DNA of 64,000 nucleotides. Origin: Pseudonocardiaceae bacterium. Its GTDB lineage: Bacteria > Actinomycetota > Actinomycetes > Mycobacteriales > Pseudonocardiaceae. The DNA lies in the NCBI GenBank assembly GCA_050699875.1, contig JBOHFX010000091.1:1631-65630 (forward strand), in the 5' to 3' direction. Shown here one piece after another: positions 37,649 through 46,828 of the stretch. Under the pieces are notes generated by a model. It was not told where the DNA came from, searched no databases, and saw only the letters and a program-made list of their open reading frames with translations. The position numbers and the translations under genes are program-made. Position 1 is the stretch's first letter, and each line of letters starts with the position of its first letter.

Positions 37649-37945
37649 AGTCGGCTCCTTTGCACTAATCAGTTGTAGCAAAAATTATGCATTAGATGGT
37701 CGCCGTCGTCGATGGTTACTTCGTCGTTCTCGGTACCTTCGACGTCGCCGAGGTGCAGACCCTGAGGCCGTGTCGAGTACGCACTGGTCCGCGCCGTCGG
37801 CCGCGGCGCCCTCGATGCACCCGTATCTCGGGATCGTGCGACGAACTTCTCCACGCTGGTCTCTGTGTACCTCCTGCCGACGCTGGCGAGCGAGTCAGGC
37901 GCTCCAAGGCGACCGTCTCGGCCGGCGGTGGCGCCACTACCCCTT

Positions 37946-38013
37946 GCGTTCTGGAGACAGAACGCGGTTATCGAGGCCTCCGTGGCAACGCTCTGGAGAC
38001 AGAATGCTGTGAT
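37946..38013. promoter_or_regulatory. Perfect 8-bp palindrome plus a roughly 21-nt direct repeat upstream of the DUF1707 gene
   Basis: GCGTTCTG-GAGA-CAGAACGC lies at 37946-37965. The 13-mer TCTGGAGACAGAA occurs at 37950-37962 and 37992-38004, and the extended units match 18/21. Confidence 0.4.
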
Positions 38014-38045
38014 GCGGGGGAGCGTAACGGTGTTATGGTTGGTTT

Positions 38046-38489
38046 GTGGACGAGGAGACGTCGCGAAGTCGGGTGCGGGCTGCGGACACTGATCGAGAAC
38101 GGGTGGCGGAGCAGTTGCGGTCGGCGCACGCCGACGGCCGTCTCGACCTAGCCGAGTATGACGAGCGGGTCCAGCAAGCCTGGGCCGCGCGGACCTATGG
38201 CGAGCTCGAGACGCTTACCACCGACCTGCCTCGGCCCCGCCCGGCTGCTGCCGATGAGACCCGTGCGGAGGTGCGACAACCGCGCCATCAACATGGGCGT
38301 GGCGGCCGCGGTGCGGTCGCCGCCTGGGCCAGCGTGAGTCTGATCAACGTGGTGATCTGGGCACTGGTCTGCCTGTTCACCCTAGGCTGGATCTATCCCT
38401 GGTGGGTCTGGATAGCGGGACCGTGGGGCGCGGTGCTCCTGGCCGGCTGGGTAGGTGACCGGGTGAGGTCCGCCGGCCCTCAGCGGTAA
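38046..38489 (+). CDS. DUF1707-domain membrane protein
   Basis: '[52 protein letters not shown]', then two C-terminal TM helices. GTG start. Confidence 0.7.
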   Translation: MDEETSRSRVRAADTDRERVAEQLRSAHADGRLDLAEYDERVQQAWAARTYGELETLTTDLPRPRPAAADETRAEVRQPRHQHGRGGRGAVAAWASVSLINVVIWALVCLFTLGWIYPWWVWIAGPWGAVLLAGWVGDRVRSAGPQR

Positions 38490-38722
38490 TCGGTTGGGGC
38501 CGGTTTGGATCTGGGCGTGACCTGGACGTAAACTGTGGTGTCGGCGCGAGCAACGCGCTGGTTTCTCGCGTGTCTGCAGGTATCTGCGCAGGCTTCCTGC
38601 ACACAGCAGGGCGTCCCCGCACTTTTCGTGATGCCGCCCCACGTCGTGGAACTGGTGAGTACCCGGGTCGTGGCAAGGCCGCCAGCCGGCGGCGTGGCGA
38701 AGTGAGCAGGAACGCGGAGGAC

Positions 38723-38944
38723 ATGGGCAAGAAGGACGGCGCGATCGAGGTCGAGGGTCGGGTGGTCGAACCACTTCCCAACGCGATGTTCCGGGTCGAG
38801 TTGGAGAACGGTCACCGCGTTCTCGCACACATCAGCGGCAAGATGCGTCAGCACTATATCCGTATCCTGCCCGAGGATCGGGTGGTCGTGGAGCTTTCGC
38901 CCTACGACCTGTCCCGGGGCCGCATCGTCTACCGCTATAAGTAA
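38723..38944 (+). CDS. infA: Translation initiation factor IF-1
   Basis: '[73 protein letters not shown]'. Confidence 0.95.
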   Translation: MGKKDGAIEVEGRVVEPLPNAMFRVELENGHRVLAHISGKMRQHYIRILPEDRVVVELSPYDLSRGRIVYRYK

Positions 38945-38982
38945 GGCACCACACAGCGAGCACAACTACAGGGACAGATGAC

Positions 38983-39096
38983 GTGAAGGTACAACCAAGC
39001 GTCAAGAGGATCTGCGACAAGTGCAAAGTGATCCGCCGCCACGGCGTGGTCATGGTGATCTGCGAGAACCTGCGCCACAAGCAGCGCCAGGGCTAG
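38983..39096 (+). CDS. rpmJ: 50S ribosomal protein L36
   Basis: My own translation from GTG 38983 gives '[37 protein letters not shown]'. Too short for the ORF track. Confidence 0.9.
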   Translation: MKVQPSVKRICDKCKVIRRHGVVMVICENLRHKQRQG

Positions 39097-39270
39097 CAGG
39101 GCACGACGTCGCCGGCCCACGGCGCGAGAAGACCTCCCCGCACCACCCGATCCACCCGGGATCGGTCCGCCCCCGGACATCAGGCCGGGGCCCGCGAATG
39201 ACGGTGCAACCGTCAGGGCGGGACGGACGGGGAGCAGACCTGGTGACGACGAGACAGGAGAACCCGTCGC

Positions 39271-39651
39271 ATGGCGCGACTCGCCGGCGTCGATCTTCCC
39301 CGCGACAAGCGGATGGAGATCGCGCTGACCTACATCTACGGCATCGGCCGTACCCGCTCGCACGAGATCCTCAGCGCCACCGGGGTCAACCCGGACCTGC
39401 GCTCCAAGGACCTGTCTGACGAGGACCTCGTCCGGCTGCGGGACTACATCGAGGACAGCTACAAGGTTGAGGGTGACCTCCGTCGGGAGGTCCAGGCCGA
39501 CATCCGCCGGAAGATCGAGATCGGCTGCTACGAGGGCCTGCGGTGGCGCCGCGGGCTGCCCGTGCGTGGTCAACGAACCAAGACCAACGCCCGCACCCGC
39601 AAGGGGCCGAAGAAGACCGTCGCCGGCAAGAAGAAGGCCGGGAAGAAGTAG
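39271..39651 (+). CDS. rpsM: 30S ribosomal protein S13
   Basis: '[30 protein letters not shown]...'. Confidence 0.97.
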   Translation: MARLAGVDLPRDKRMEIALTYIYGIGRTRSHEILSATGVNPDLRSKDLSDEDLVRLRDYIEDSYKVEGDLRREVQADIRRKIEIGCYEGLRWRRGLPVRGQRTKTNARTRKGPKKTVAGKKKAGKK

Positions 39652-39709
39652 CGCCGGTTGAATCAACGACAGGTCAGCCTGACCCAGACTTTGTAGGAGC
39701 GCAAACCGC

Positions 39710-40117
39710 ATGCCACCCAGAGCACGAACAGGCACCGGCGTCAAGAAGGTGCGTCGCAAGGAAAAGAAGAATGTCGCGCATGGCCATGCTCATATCAAGT
39801 CGACGTTCAACAACACGATCGTCTCGATCACCGACCCCACCGGCGCGGTGATCGCGTGGGCGTCCGCGGGTCACGTGGGGTTCAAGGGCTCCCGCAAGTC
39901 CACCCCGTTCGCCGCGCAGATGGCCGCCGAGAACGCCGCGCGCAAGGCCGCCGAGCATGGGATGAAGAAGGTCGATGTCTTCGTGAAGGGTCCGGGTTCA
40001 GGCCGCGAGACCGCGATCCGGTCGCTGCAGGCCGCCGGCCTTGAGGTCGGCACCATCCAGGACGTGACCCCGCAGCCGCACAACGGTTGCCGGCCGCCGA
40101 AGCGACGCCGGGTCTGA
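39710..40117 (+). CDS. rpsK: 30S ribosomal protein S11
   Basis: '[30 protein letters not shown]...[10 protein letters not shown]'. Confidence 0.97.
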   Translation: MPPRARTGTGVKKVRRKEKKNVAHGHAHIKSTFNNTIVSITDPTGAVIAWASAGHVGFKGSRKSTPFAAQMAAENAARKAAEHGMKKVDVFVKGPGSGRETAIRSLQAAGLEVGTIQDVTPQPHNGCRPPKRRRV

Positions 40118-40141
40118 CGGCGCGGAAGGGAGAAGCTAGCA

Positions 40142-40747
40142 ATGGCTCGGTACACCGGACCCGTCACCCGCAAGTCCCGCCGGCTCAAGACCGACCTGGT
40201 CGGCGGCGACCAGGCCTTCGAGCGCCGTCCATATCCGCCCGGCCAGCACGGCCGCGCCCGGATCAAGGAGAGCGAGTACCTACTGCAGATGCAGGAGAAG
40301 CAGAAGGCTCGCTTCACCTACGGCGTCATGGAAAAGCAGTTCCACCGCTACTACGAGGAAGCCAACCGCCGTCCCGGTAAGACCGGTGACACCCTGCTGC
40401 AGATTTTGGAGTCTCGGCTGGACAACGTCATTTACCGGGCTGGCCTGGCCCGCACCCGGCGCCAGGCACGCCAGCTGGTGAGCCACGGACACTTCCTGGT
40501 CAATGGCGGCAAAGTCGATGTCCCCAGTTTCCGGGTATCCAAGTTCGACATCATCGACGTCAAACCCAAGTCGGTACCGACCCTGCCGTTCGTGGTGGCC
40601 AAGGAAAGCTTGGGAGACCGCCCGGTACCTGCGTGGCTGCAAGTCGTTCCCGCAACGATGCGGGTGCTGGTGCACCGGCTGCCGGAGCGGGCTCAGATCG
40701 ACGTACCGCTGCAGGAGCAGCTGATCGTCGAGCTCTACTCCAAGTAA
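40142..40747 (+). CDS. rpsD: 30S ribosomal protein S4
   Basis: 'MARYTGPVTRKSRRL...SEYLLQMQEKQKARFTYG...'. Confidence 0.97.
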   Translation: MARYTGPVTRKSRRLKTDLVGGDQAFERRPYPPGQHGRARIKESEYLLQMQEKQKARFTYGVMEKQFHRYYEEANRRPGKTGDTLLQILESRLDNVIYRAGLARTRRQARQLVSHGHFLVNGGKVDVPSFRVSKFDIIDVKPKSVPTLPFVVAKESLGDRPVPAWLQVVPATMRVLVHRLPERAQIDVPLQEQLIVELYSK

Positions 40748-40795
40748 ACCCGACCAACGGCGTCAAATAGCGGGCGCCAGAGGAGGAACATCACC

Positions 40796-41869
40796 ATGTT
40801 GATCACCCAGCGGCCCAACCTCAGCGAGGACCCGGTCGACTACACCCGTTCCCGGTTCGTGATCGAGCCGCTGGAGCCGGGGTTCGGCTACACCTTGGGT
40901 AATTCGCTGCGCCGGACGTTGCTCTCGTCCATTCCGGGGGCGGCGGTCACCAGCATCCGCATTGATGGCGTGCTGCACGAGTTCACCACCGTGCCGGGCG
41001 TCAAGGAGGACATCACCGACATCATCCTCAACCTCAAGGAGCTCGTGGTCGGCTCCGAAGAGGACGAACCGGTGACGATGTACCTGCGCAAGCAGGGTCC
41101 GGGTGACGTCACCGCGGGCGACATCGTGCCGCCGGCCGGTGTCACCGTGTACAACCCCGATCTGCACATCGCCACCCTGAACGGCAAGGGCAAGCTGGAG
41201 ATCGAGCTGGTCGTGGAGCGTGGCCGCGGCTATGTCCCCGCGGTGCAGAACAAGACGTCCGGTGCCGAGATCGGCCGGATCCCGGTGGATTCGATCTACT
41301 CGCCGGTGCTGAAGGTGACCTACAAGGTCGAGGCCACCCGGGTCGAGCAGCGCACCGACTTCGACAAGCTGATCCTCGACGTGGAGACCAAGCCGTCGCT
41401 TACCCCGCGTGACGCGCTTGCTTCGGCCGGCCGCACCCTGGTGGAGTTGTTCGGCCTGGCCCGCGAGCTCAACGTGGACGCCGAGGGCATCGAGATCGGT
41501 CCCTCGCCGGCCGAAGCGGACACGATCGCCGCGTTCGCGATGCCCATCGAGGACCTGGACCTCACCGTCCGTTCCTACAACTGCCTCAAGCGCGAGGGCA
41601 TCCACACCGTCGGCGAGTTGGTCAGCCGCAGCGAGGCAGACCTGCTGGACATCCGAAACTTCGGTGCCAAGTCCATCGACGAGGTGAAGCTGAAATTGGC
41701 CGGCCTCGGTCTGCAGCTCAAGGACAGCCCTCCCGGCTTCGACCCCGCAGCGGTGGCCGCGGAGTACTCGATCGACGGGTGGGGCGACGCCAGCGACAAC
41801 GGAGTCGACAGCGGTACGGACTACGGAAACGACGACGGCCACGACTACGCCGAAACCGAGCAGCTTTAG
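40796..41869 (+). CDS. rpoA: DNA-directed RNA polymerase subunit alpha
   Basis: '[43 protein letters not shown]' and the CTD '[23 protein letters not shown]'. Confidence 0.97.
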   Translation: MLITQRPNLSEDPVDYTRSRFVIEPLEPGFGYTLGNSLRRTLLSSIPGAAVTSIRIDGVLHEFTTVPGVKEDITDIILNLKELVVGSEEDEPVTMYLRKQGPGDVTAGDIVPPAGVTVYNPDLHIATLNGKGKLEIELVVERGRGYVPAVQNKTSGAEIGRIPVDSIYSPVLKVTYKVEATRVEQRTDFDKLILDVETKPSLTPRDALASAGRTLVELFGLARELNVDAEGIEIGPSPAEADTIAAFAMPIEDLDLTVRSYNCLKREGIHTVGELVSRSEADLLDIRNFGAKSIDEVKLKLAGLGLQLKDSPPGFDPAAVAAEYSIDGWGDASDNGVDSGTDYGNDDGHDYAETEQL

Positions 41870-41899
41870 CTGCTCACGGGGCGACCGAAGGGAGCCAAG

Positions 41900-42487
41900 A
41901 TGCCAACGCCGACCAAGGGCGCCCGGCTAGGGGGGTCGCCGGCCCATGAACGGCTGATGTTGGCCAACCTGGCGACATCGCTGTTCACCCATGGCCGGAT
42001 CACCACCACCGAGGCCAAGGCGAAACGGCTGCGCCCGTTCGCCGAGCGGTTGATCACCAAAGCCCGCCGGGCGGATCTGCACAACCGGCGCGAGATCATG
42101 CGAGTGATCCGGGACAAGGACGTGGTGCACAAGCTGGTCGCGGAGATCGGCCCACAGTTCGAGGGCCGGCCGGGTGGCTACACCCGCATCGTCAAGACCG
42201 TGCCACGCAAGGGTGACAACGCTCCGATGGCGATCATCGCTCTGGTCACCGAGCGCACCGCAGCGGAAGTAGAAGAGGTCAAGAGGAAGGCCTTCCAGGA
42301 GCGGCCGAAGCCGCAGCAGCCGGCCGAGAGCACCGGTGAGCTCACCACTGCACACGTTCCTGCCGGGCAGGACACCACCGCCGAGGAGGTGGCCTCGGTG
42401 GAGCCGGAAACTTCGGCCGAACAGGAGACCTCGACCGAGGAGCGGGCCCCGTCTGCCGCCCGGCAGGAGGACAAGGGCGAATCCTGA
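41900..42487 (+). CDS. rplQ: 50S ribosomal protein L17 (with acidic C-terminal extension)
   Basis: '[55 protein letters not shown]'. Confidence 0.95.
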   Translation: MPTPTKGARLGGSPAHERLMLANLATSLFTHGRITTTEAKAKRLRPFAERLITKARRADLHNRREIMRVIRDKDVVHKLVAEIGPQFEGRPGGYTRIVKTVPRKGDNAPMAIIALVTERTAAEVEEVKRKAFQERPKPQQPAESTGELTTAHVPAGQDTTAEEVASVEPETSAEQETSTEERAPSAARQEDKGES

Positions 42488-42489
42488 CT

Positions 42490-43380
42490 CTGAGCAGCAC
42501 GCCGCAGGAGCCCGCCACCCCCGCCGGGGACGGCGGGCTCCTGCGCTACCGGCTGGACATCAGCTACGACGGGACCGGCTTTTCCGGATGGGCCCGTCAG
42601 CCGGGGCGGCGCACCGTTCAGGGAGTGATCGAGGGCGCGCTGGCGACCGTGATGCGGATCCAGGCCATCCTTACCGTCGCAGGACGCACCGACGCTGGCG
42701 TGCACGCCACCGGACAGGTCGCGCACCTTGACGTGCCGCCCGGGGCGCTGCTGCCTGACCAGCTCGCCCACCGGCTGGCTCGGCTGCTGCCACCGGACCT
42801 CCGGGTGCCCGCGGTGCGGCAGGTGCCACGCGCCTTCGACGCTCGCTTCTCCGCGCTGCGCCGGCACTACCGGTACCGGATTTGCGACGCGCCGTGGGGA
42901 GGCGATCCGCTGCGCCGGTACGACACGGTGAGCCATTCCCGCAGGCTCGACGATGCCGCGATGAATACCGCAAGCCGGCTGTTGCTGGGCGAACATGACT
43001 TCGCCGCGTTCTGCCGCCACCGGGAAGGTGCGAGCGCGGTGCGCACCCTGGAGCGGCTCGAATGGACCCGAGGCGAACCCTACCTGCTGGTCGCGCATGT
43101 CGCGGCGGACGCGTTCTGCCACTCGATGGTGCGCAGCTTGGTGGGTGCTCTGCTGGCAGTGGGGGAAGGCCGGCGTGCTCCGGAGTGGCCCGCCGGCCTA
43201 CTTCGCCATACCACTCGCGCCAGCGCGGTAACGGTGGCACCGGCGCACGGCCTCGCCCTGATCCGTGTGGACTATCCCGACCAGGACCATCTCGGCGCCC
43301 GCGCCGAGATGACCCGGGCCCGGCGGGTCGCTCGTGAAGGGCCGCTCGATAAGCCGGCGGCGCAAATTCGTGCGCAATGA
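42490..43380 (+). CDS. truA: tRNA pseudouridine(38-40) synthase; start codon unresolved
   Basis: '[22 protein letters not shown]' and the catalytic '[18 protein letters not shown]'. The conserved N-terminus lies upstream of the first ATG/GTG/TTG in frame (GTG 42625). The 5' coordinate given is a CTG and is only a guess. Confidence 0.85.
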   Translation: MSSTPQEPATPAGDGGLLRYRLDISYDGTGFSGWARQPGRRTVQGVIEGALATVMRIQAILTVAGRTDAGVHATGQVAHLDVPPGALLPDQLAHRLARLLPPDLRVPAVRQVPRAFDARFSALRRHYRYRICDAPWGGDPLRRYDTVSHSRRLDDAAMNTASRLLLGEHDFAAFCRHREGASAVRTLERLEWTRGEPYLLVAHVAADAFCHSMVRSLVGALLAVGEGRRAPEWPAGLLRHTTRASAVTVAPAHGLALIRVDYPDQDHLGARAEMTRARRVAREGPLDKPAAQIRAQ

Positions 43381-43385
43381 CCGGG

Positions 43386-43970
43386 TCAACGGAAGATCCA
43401 GATCATGCTCCACCCGGTCTCGGCGGGTGCTGCAATGTCGTCCGCCTCGATCCGGTCCAGGCGGTAGCCGAGGCGGCGGGGGACCGCTTGGCTGCGGACA
43501 TTCGCCTCGTCGCAGTGAATCTCCACCCGGTCAACGCCGGGAAGTGCGAGGCCGGCGATCGTCAGGGCTTGAGCTGCGGAGGTGATGTGCCCGTGCCCTA
43601 CGGCCGCCACGGTGAGCCAGTAACCGAGCTCGATGCCCCCGGGACCGATCCGCCGGTGCAGGCCACACATCCCAAGGAGTTCGTCACTGTCTCGGGCCCA
43701 GAGCAGGTAGCCGTAATCGGTACCGTCCTGCCAGCGTTTCATTGCGGACGTGAGGCGTTCACGCTGGAAGGAGACGGCCGAAGCTTCGGGCACGGCCCAG
43801 GCCATCCAGGGCGTGAGGTGGCTCAAGTTGTCAGCTACCGCTGTTGCTACCCGCTCTGCATCGGCGACCGTCTCCCGTTGCAGGATGAGGCCGCGAAGCT
43901 CGATCCGTTCGGCAGGAAGGAGCTGCACAGGCGCAACCGTAGGTGTGCCAGGCCCCGCCCGGCGACCCAT
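43386..43970 (-). CDS. GNAT-family N-acetyltransferase (RimJ/RimL-like)
   Basis: 'IELGYWLTVAAVGHGHITSAAQALTIAGLALPGVDRVEIHCDEANVRSQAVPRRLGY'. Confidence 0.75.
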   Translation of the reverse strand: MGRRAGPGTPTVAPVQLLPAERIELRGLILQRETVADAERVATAVADNLSHLTPWMAWAVPEASAVSFQRERLTSAMKRWQDGTDYGYLLWARDSDELLGMCGLHRRIGPGGIELGYWLTVAAVGHGHITSAAQALTIAGLALPGVDRVEIHCDEANVRSQAVPRRLGYRLDRIEADDIAAPAETGWSMIWIFR

Positions 43971-44031
43971 TTTCTGCTCGACATGCGCTGGCGCGACGCA
44001 CTGGAGCGCATCGCCACACACACTCGTACCC

Positions 44032-44622
44032 ATGGATATCGAGTCAATCGCTGAGGATTCGCGGTCCCAGCGTGAGCGGATGCTCGCCGGTGACCTCTAC
44101 ATCGCCAACGATCCTGCACTGGCGGCGGACAGCCTGCGCGCATTGACGCTGACCGCCCAGTACAACGCCTGTGCCGCGGACAACGCTCAGCAGCGCCGCC
44201 GGTTGCTCACTGAGCTGCTGGGGTCGGTGGGGCCCGATACCGAAATCCGGCCCCCGCTGTACTGCGACTATGGCTACCAGATCTGCATTGGCTCGCGGAC
44301 GTTCGTCAATTTCGGGCTGATGGCATTGGACGTCGCCAAGATCACCATTGGGGACGACGTGCAGATCGGCCCGAACGTGCAGCTGCTCACCCCCACTCAC
44401 CCGATCGAGGCGGGTCCCCGCCGCGCCAAGTGGGAGGCTGCCCGGCCCATCACCATCGGGGATAACGTCTGGCTCGGCGGAGGGGTCATCGTCCTACCCG
44501 GAATCACGATCCGAGAGAACAGCGTTGTCGGCGCCGGGACAGTGGTGACCACAGACCTCCCAGCCAACGTCGTCGCAGTGGGCAATCCGGCCCGCGTCGT
44601 TCGCCATATCGGCACCGGCTAG
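44032..44622 (+). CDS. Maltose/galactoside O-acetyltransferase (left-handed beta-helix, hexapeptide repeats)
   Basis: 'ERMLAGDLYIANDP', 'IGDDVQIGPNVQLLTPTHP', 'ITIGDNVWLGGGVIVLPGITIRENSVVGAGTVV'. Confidence 0.8.
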   Translation: MDIESIAEDSRSQRERMLAGDLYIANDPALAADSLRALTLTAQYNACAADNAQQRRRLLTELLGSVGPDTEIRPPLYCDYGYQICIGSRTFVNFGLMALDVAKITIGDDVQIGPNVQLLTPTHPIEAGPRRAKWEAARPITIGDNVWLGGGVIVLPGITIRENSVVGAGTVVTTDLPANVVAVGNPARVVRHIGTG

Positions 44623-44901
44623 CTGGAGCGCAACGCGGGTGGCGCCGCGCAATCTCGAATGCGGGCCATGGACATTGCCTCTGAGGTTTTCAGCTATGGC
44701 TCGCCTGACAGCATGACGCTTGGCTGGTGGCATGACATCCAACACCGACGGCCACGAGATCGCGTTGACTGGTTGGAAGAGCCAAGCTACCGGCAGCGCA
44801 TGATGCTCGAAGCGATGCGCGTGACCATCCTGGTGGCGCCACGCTGGCCGCGGGCCGGACCGGATCGCCGATCTTGCCAAGGTGCGTGAACGTTTCGAAG
44901 C

Positions 44902-45933
44902 TCAGACCAGCCAGATGACAAGCTGGGCGCAGGGACGGGGGTCGCCGGTGAGTTCGATCGGCTGGCGGAGGTACCGGGCGCCGTCCTTCATCACGATTGA
45001 CGGCTCGGCCGTGAGAGTGAGCTGGACCTGGTAGTCCGGCGGGGCGAACAGAGCGATGTTCGGAGCAGATAATGCATGGGAACCCGACAACGGGAAATTG
45101 ACAAATTGATCTTGTTCAAGCGGGCCGAAATCGAAGGTGTAAACGTTCGGGCCGTGGATATCGACGGGCTGCGAGGGATAGGCGTAATCGCCCGCGTTGC
45201 TGCCCGGTAAGTCAGCGTATCCGGGATGGTCGGAGAATGCCGCCTTCTTTCCGGCACGAAGGTGCTCGCCCTGACTGGTCCAACCCGGTAGTGCAGTGCA
45301 CGGCTGTCCCGGTGGGGGGGTCAATCGAGGAGTCGGAGCGGGCGCTCCGGGCTGCGCCGGACTACACGAGCCGGTCCCGACACCAACAGGGATTATCCGG
45401 CCCCTCCGGGAGTCGGCGACGACCCAGGACGTCTGTGTCGGCGGGGTCTGCTGGCACACCATGGCCGGCGCGTTCGATGTCGGGGAGTGGGCTGGTCCGC
45501 TGCAGCTTGACCCGCCGGAGCTCACCGCGATGCCTCTCTCGACCTCAACGATGACCGACTGTGTCGGCGGACTCTCCGCACACACATTGCCTGTGGTTGT
45601 GGGCGTCTGAGCCGCGGGCGGGGCCGGATCAGTGCAACCGGGTGGGGTTACCACGGTGGGCGCACTGTCGGCAGGCGGCACTGGCTCGCACGTTTCCCCA
45701 GTTCCGCTGGACACGCTTCCGGGTCCAGTTACGACGGCCGGTGGGGCCGGCACGGTTTGGCCGATCTCTGGTGGAGCCACCTCGGTCGTGATCGGAGAAT
45801 CATCCGTGGCTGCAGCCTGGAGCTGGGTCTCTGTTGAACCAGCTGGATACATTCCCCAGACAGCGACCGCGCCAATGACAAGGAGTGCCGCGAACAGGAT
45901 GGAAACGATCGTGACTGGCCTTTTCTGGTTCAT
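44902..45933 (-). CDS. Membrane-anchored Pro/Thr-rich protein with two roughly 43-aa Cys-containing repeats; function unknown
   Basis: N-terminal TM 'VTIVSILFAALLVIGAVAVW'. The repeats are 'VCAESPPTQSVIVEVERGIAVSSGGSSCSGPA' and 'VCQQTPPTQTSWVVADSRRGRIIPVGVGTGSCSPA'. The C-terminal ~130-aa domain is encoded by lower-GC DNA. Confidence 0.55.
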   Translation of the reverse strand: MNQKRPVTIVSILFAALLVIGAVAVWGMYPAGSTETQLQAAATDDSPITTEVAPPEIGQTVPAPPAVVTGPGSVSSGTGETCEPVPPADSAPTVVTPPGCTDPAPPAAQTPTTTGNVCAESPPTQSVIVEVERGIAVSSGGSSCSGPAHSPTSNAPAMVCQQTPPTQTSWVVADSRRGRIIPVGVGTGSCSPAQPGAPAPTPRLTPPPGQPCTALPGWTSQGEHLRAGKKAAFSDHPGYADLPGSNAGDYAYPSQPVDIHGPNVYTFDFGPLEQDQFVNFPLSGSHALSAPNIALFAPPDYQVQLTLTAEPSIVMKDGARYLRQPIELTGDPRPCAQLVIWLV

Positions 45934-46108
45934 ACAGGCTTCCTATTCGCTGGCGGCAAGCAGGCCGAGCGGGGCGAACCCACGAGTCCCGCTACGCAGG
46001 CACACACCAATCTGGCGACGACATTGCTCCTGCGAGGTAGCAAAACGAAGTCCAACGGCTGATGGAAAGTCAACGAAGAACACCACGAGGGACAGCTATA
46101 TGTCGTGG

Positions 46109-46828
46109 TCAGTCTCCCCGGCGCACCGGACCCAGGATCTCCCGCTCCGCGGGAGTGGTGATCAGCCGCAAAGGCAGCCACAGGTCCGGACCCAACGCCA
46201 CCACTCCGTCGTCGGTCAGCAGGGCCAGCTGGTTGGCCATCGGTGCAGGCAGCCGCCACATCATGGCGGCCAGCTTCGCCTGGCTGGCCGAAAGCCGCTG
46301 GAGTAGCACCAGGTCGGCGTTGTTCGCGGTGCTCTCTGCCTGCGGGTGCAGGTAGGGCAACACGTACAGGGTCGTTTGCCACGCTGAGCGCGGAGGGAAC
46401 AGTTCCTGTGGTACCGCTCCGCCGTCGTGCACGACCACCAGCGGCGCGTCCTCCGAGGCCCGTGGCAGCTCGACCGGTGCGAGCCGGCGCACCTGCATCA
46501 GCGGAGCGGGAGAGCCGTCGGGACCCTCGCCGGCGGCTCGGGTGAGCATGTGCCAGGCTGCCGGCCGGCCGGTGGCGACGACCACCCAGGCGCCGGTGGC
46601 CATCGAGCGCAGGGCGACCTGCCGGGCTAGGTAGAGCCCGCCGACCAGGACCAGCCGGGTTGGTTGCGGACGTAGCACGGACACACTCAGGGCTTCGTCG
46701 TGCGGACCGCAACCCAGGACCATCCCCCCGCGGTCCCCTGACGGGCTGACCACGTCGAGCAGGCCGGGCGTGACGAGGAACTCCGGCGCCACCGACCTGG
46801 CTCCCGCGTGGTGAACCAGTGTCCTCAT
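46109..46828 (-). CDS. ESX-associated protein resembling a degenerate (Walker-A-less) FtsK/SpoIIIE-type NTPase domain
   Basis: Its ATG overlaps the eccE stop (ATGA at 46825-46828). 'PTRLVLVGGLYLARQVALRSMATGAWVVV' sits where a P-loop would be. 'PLVVVHDGG' is Walker-B-like. 'ADLVLLQRLSASQAKLAAMMWRLP' resembles the FtsK-domain C-terminal region. Confidence 0.5.
   Translation of the reverse strand: MRTLVHHAGARSVAPEFLVTPGLLDVVSPSGDRGGMVLGCGPHDEALSVSVLRPQPTRLVLVGGLYLARQVALRSMATGAWVVVATGRPAAWHMLTRAAGEGPDGSPAPLMQVRRLAPVELPRASEDAPLVVVHDGGAVPQELFPPRSAWQTTLYVLPYLHPQAESTANNADLVLLQRLSASQAKLAAMMWRLPAPMANQLALLTDDGVVALGPDLWLPLRLITTPAEREILGPVRRGD

Noticed and set aside
37865-38092. 75-aa ORF with a duplicated 'WRQNAV' peptide.
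   Set aside because: The duplication is simply the translation of the DNA direct repeat and palindrome. There is no ribosome-binding site and the composition is poor. It is treated as a non-coding regulatory repeat instead.
40763-41842. Large antisense ORFs opposite rpoA (40763-41842), truA/rplQ (42178-43122), eccC (55521-56255, 56497-57786, 58333-59241), groEL (24254-24934, 25484-26032) and eccB (48733-49722).
   Set aside because: They mirror well-supported genes, translate to low-complexity Arg/Gly/Asp/His-rich strings, and contain no recognisable motifs. They are GC-driven shadow ORFs.
44623-44901. ORFs 44659-44889 (+) and 44494-44880 (-) in the gap after the acetyltransferase gene.
   Set aside because: There are no motifs or ribosome-binding sites, the two ORFs overlap each other, and the minus-strand ORF runs into the antisense of the acetyltransferase. 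The evidence is insufficient.
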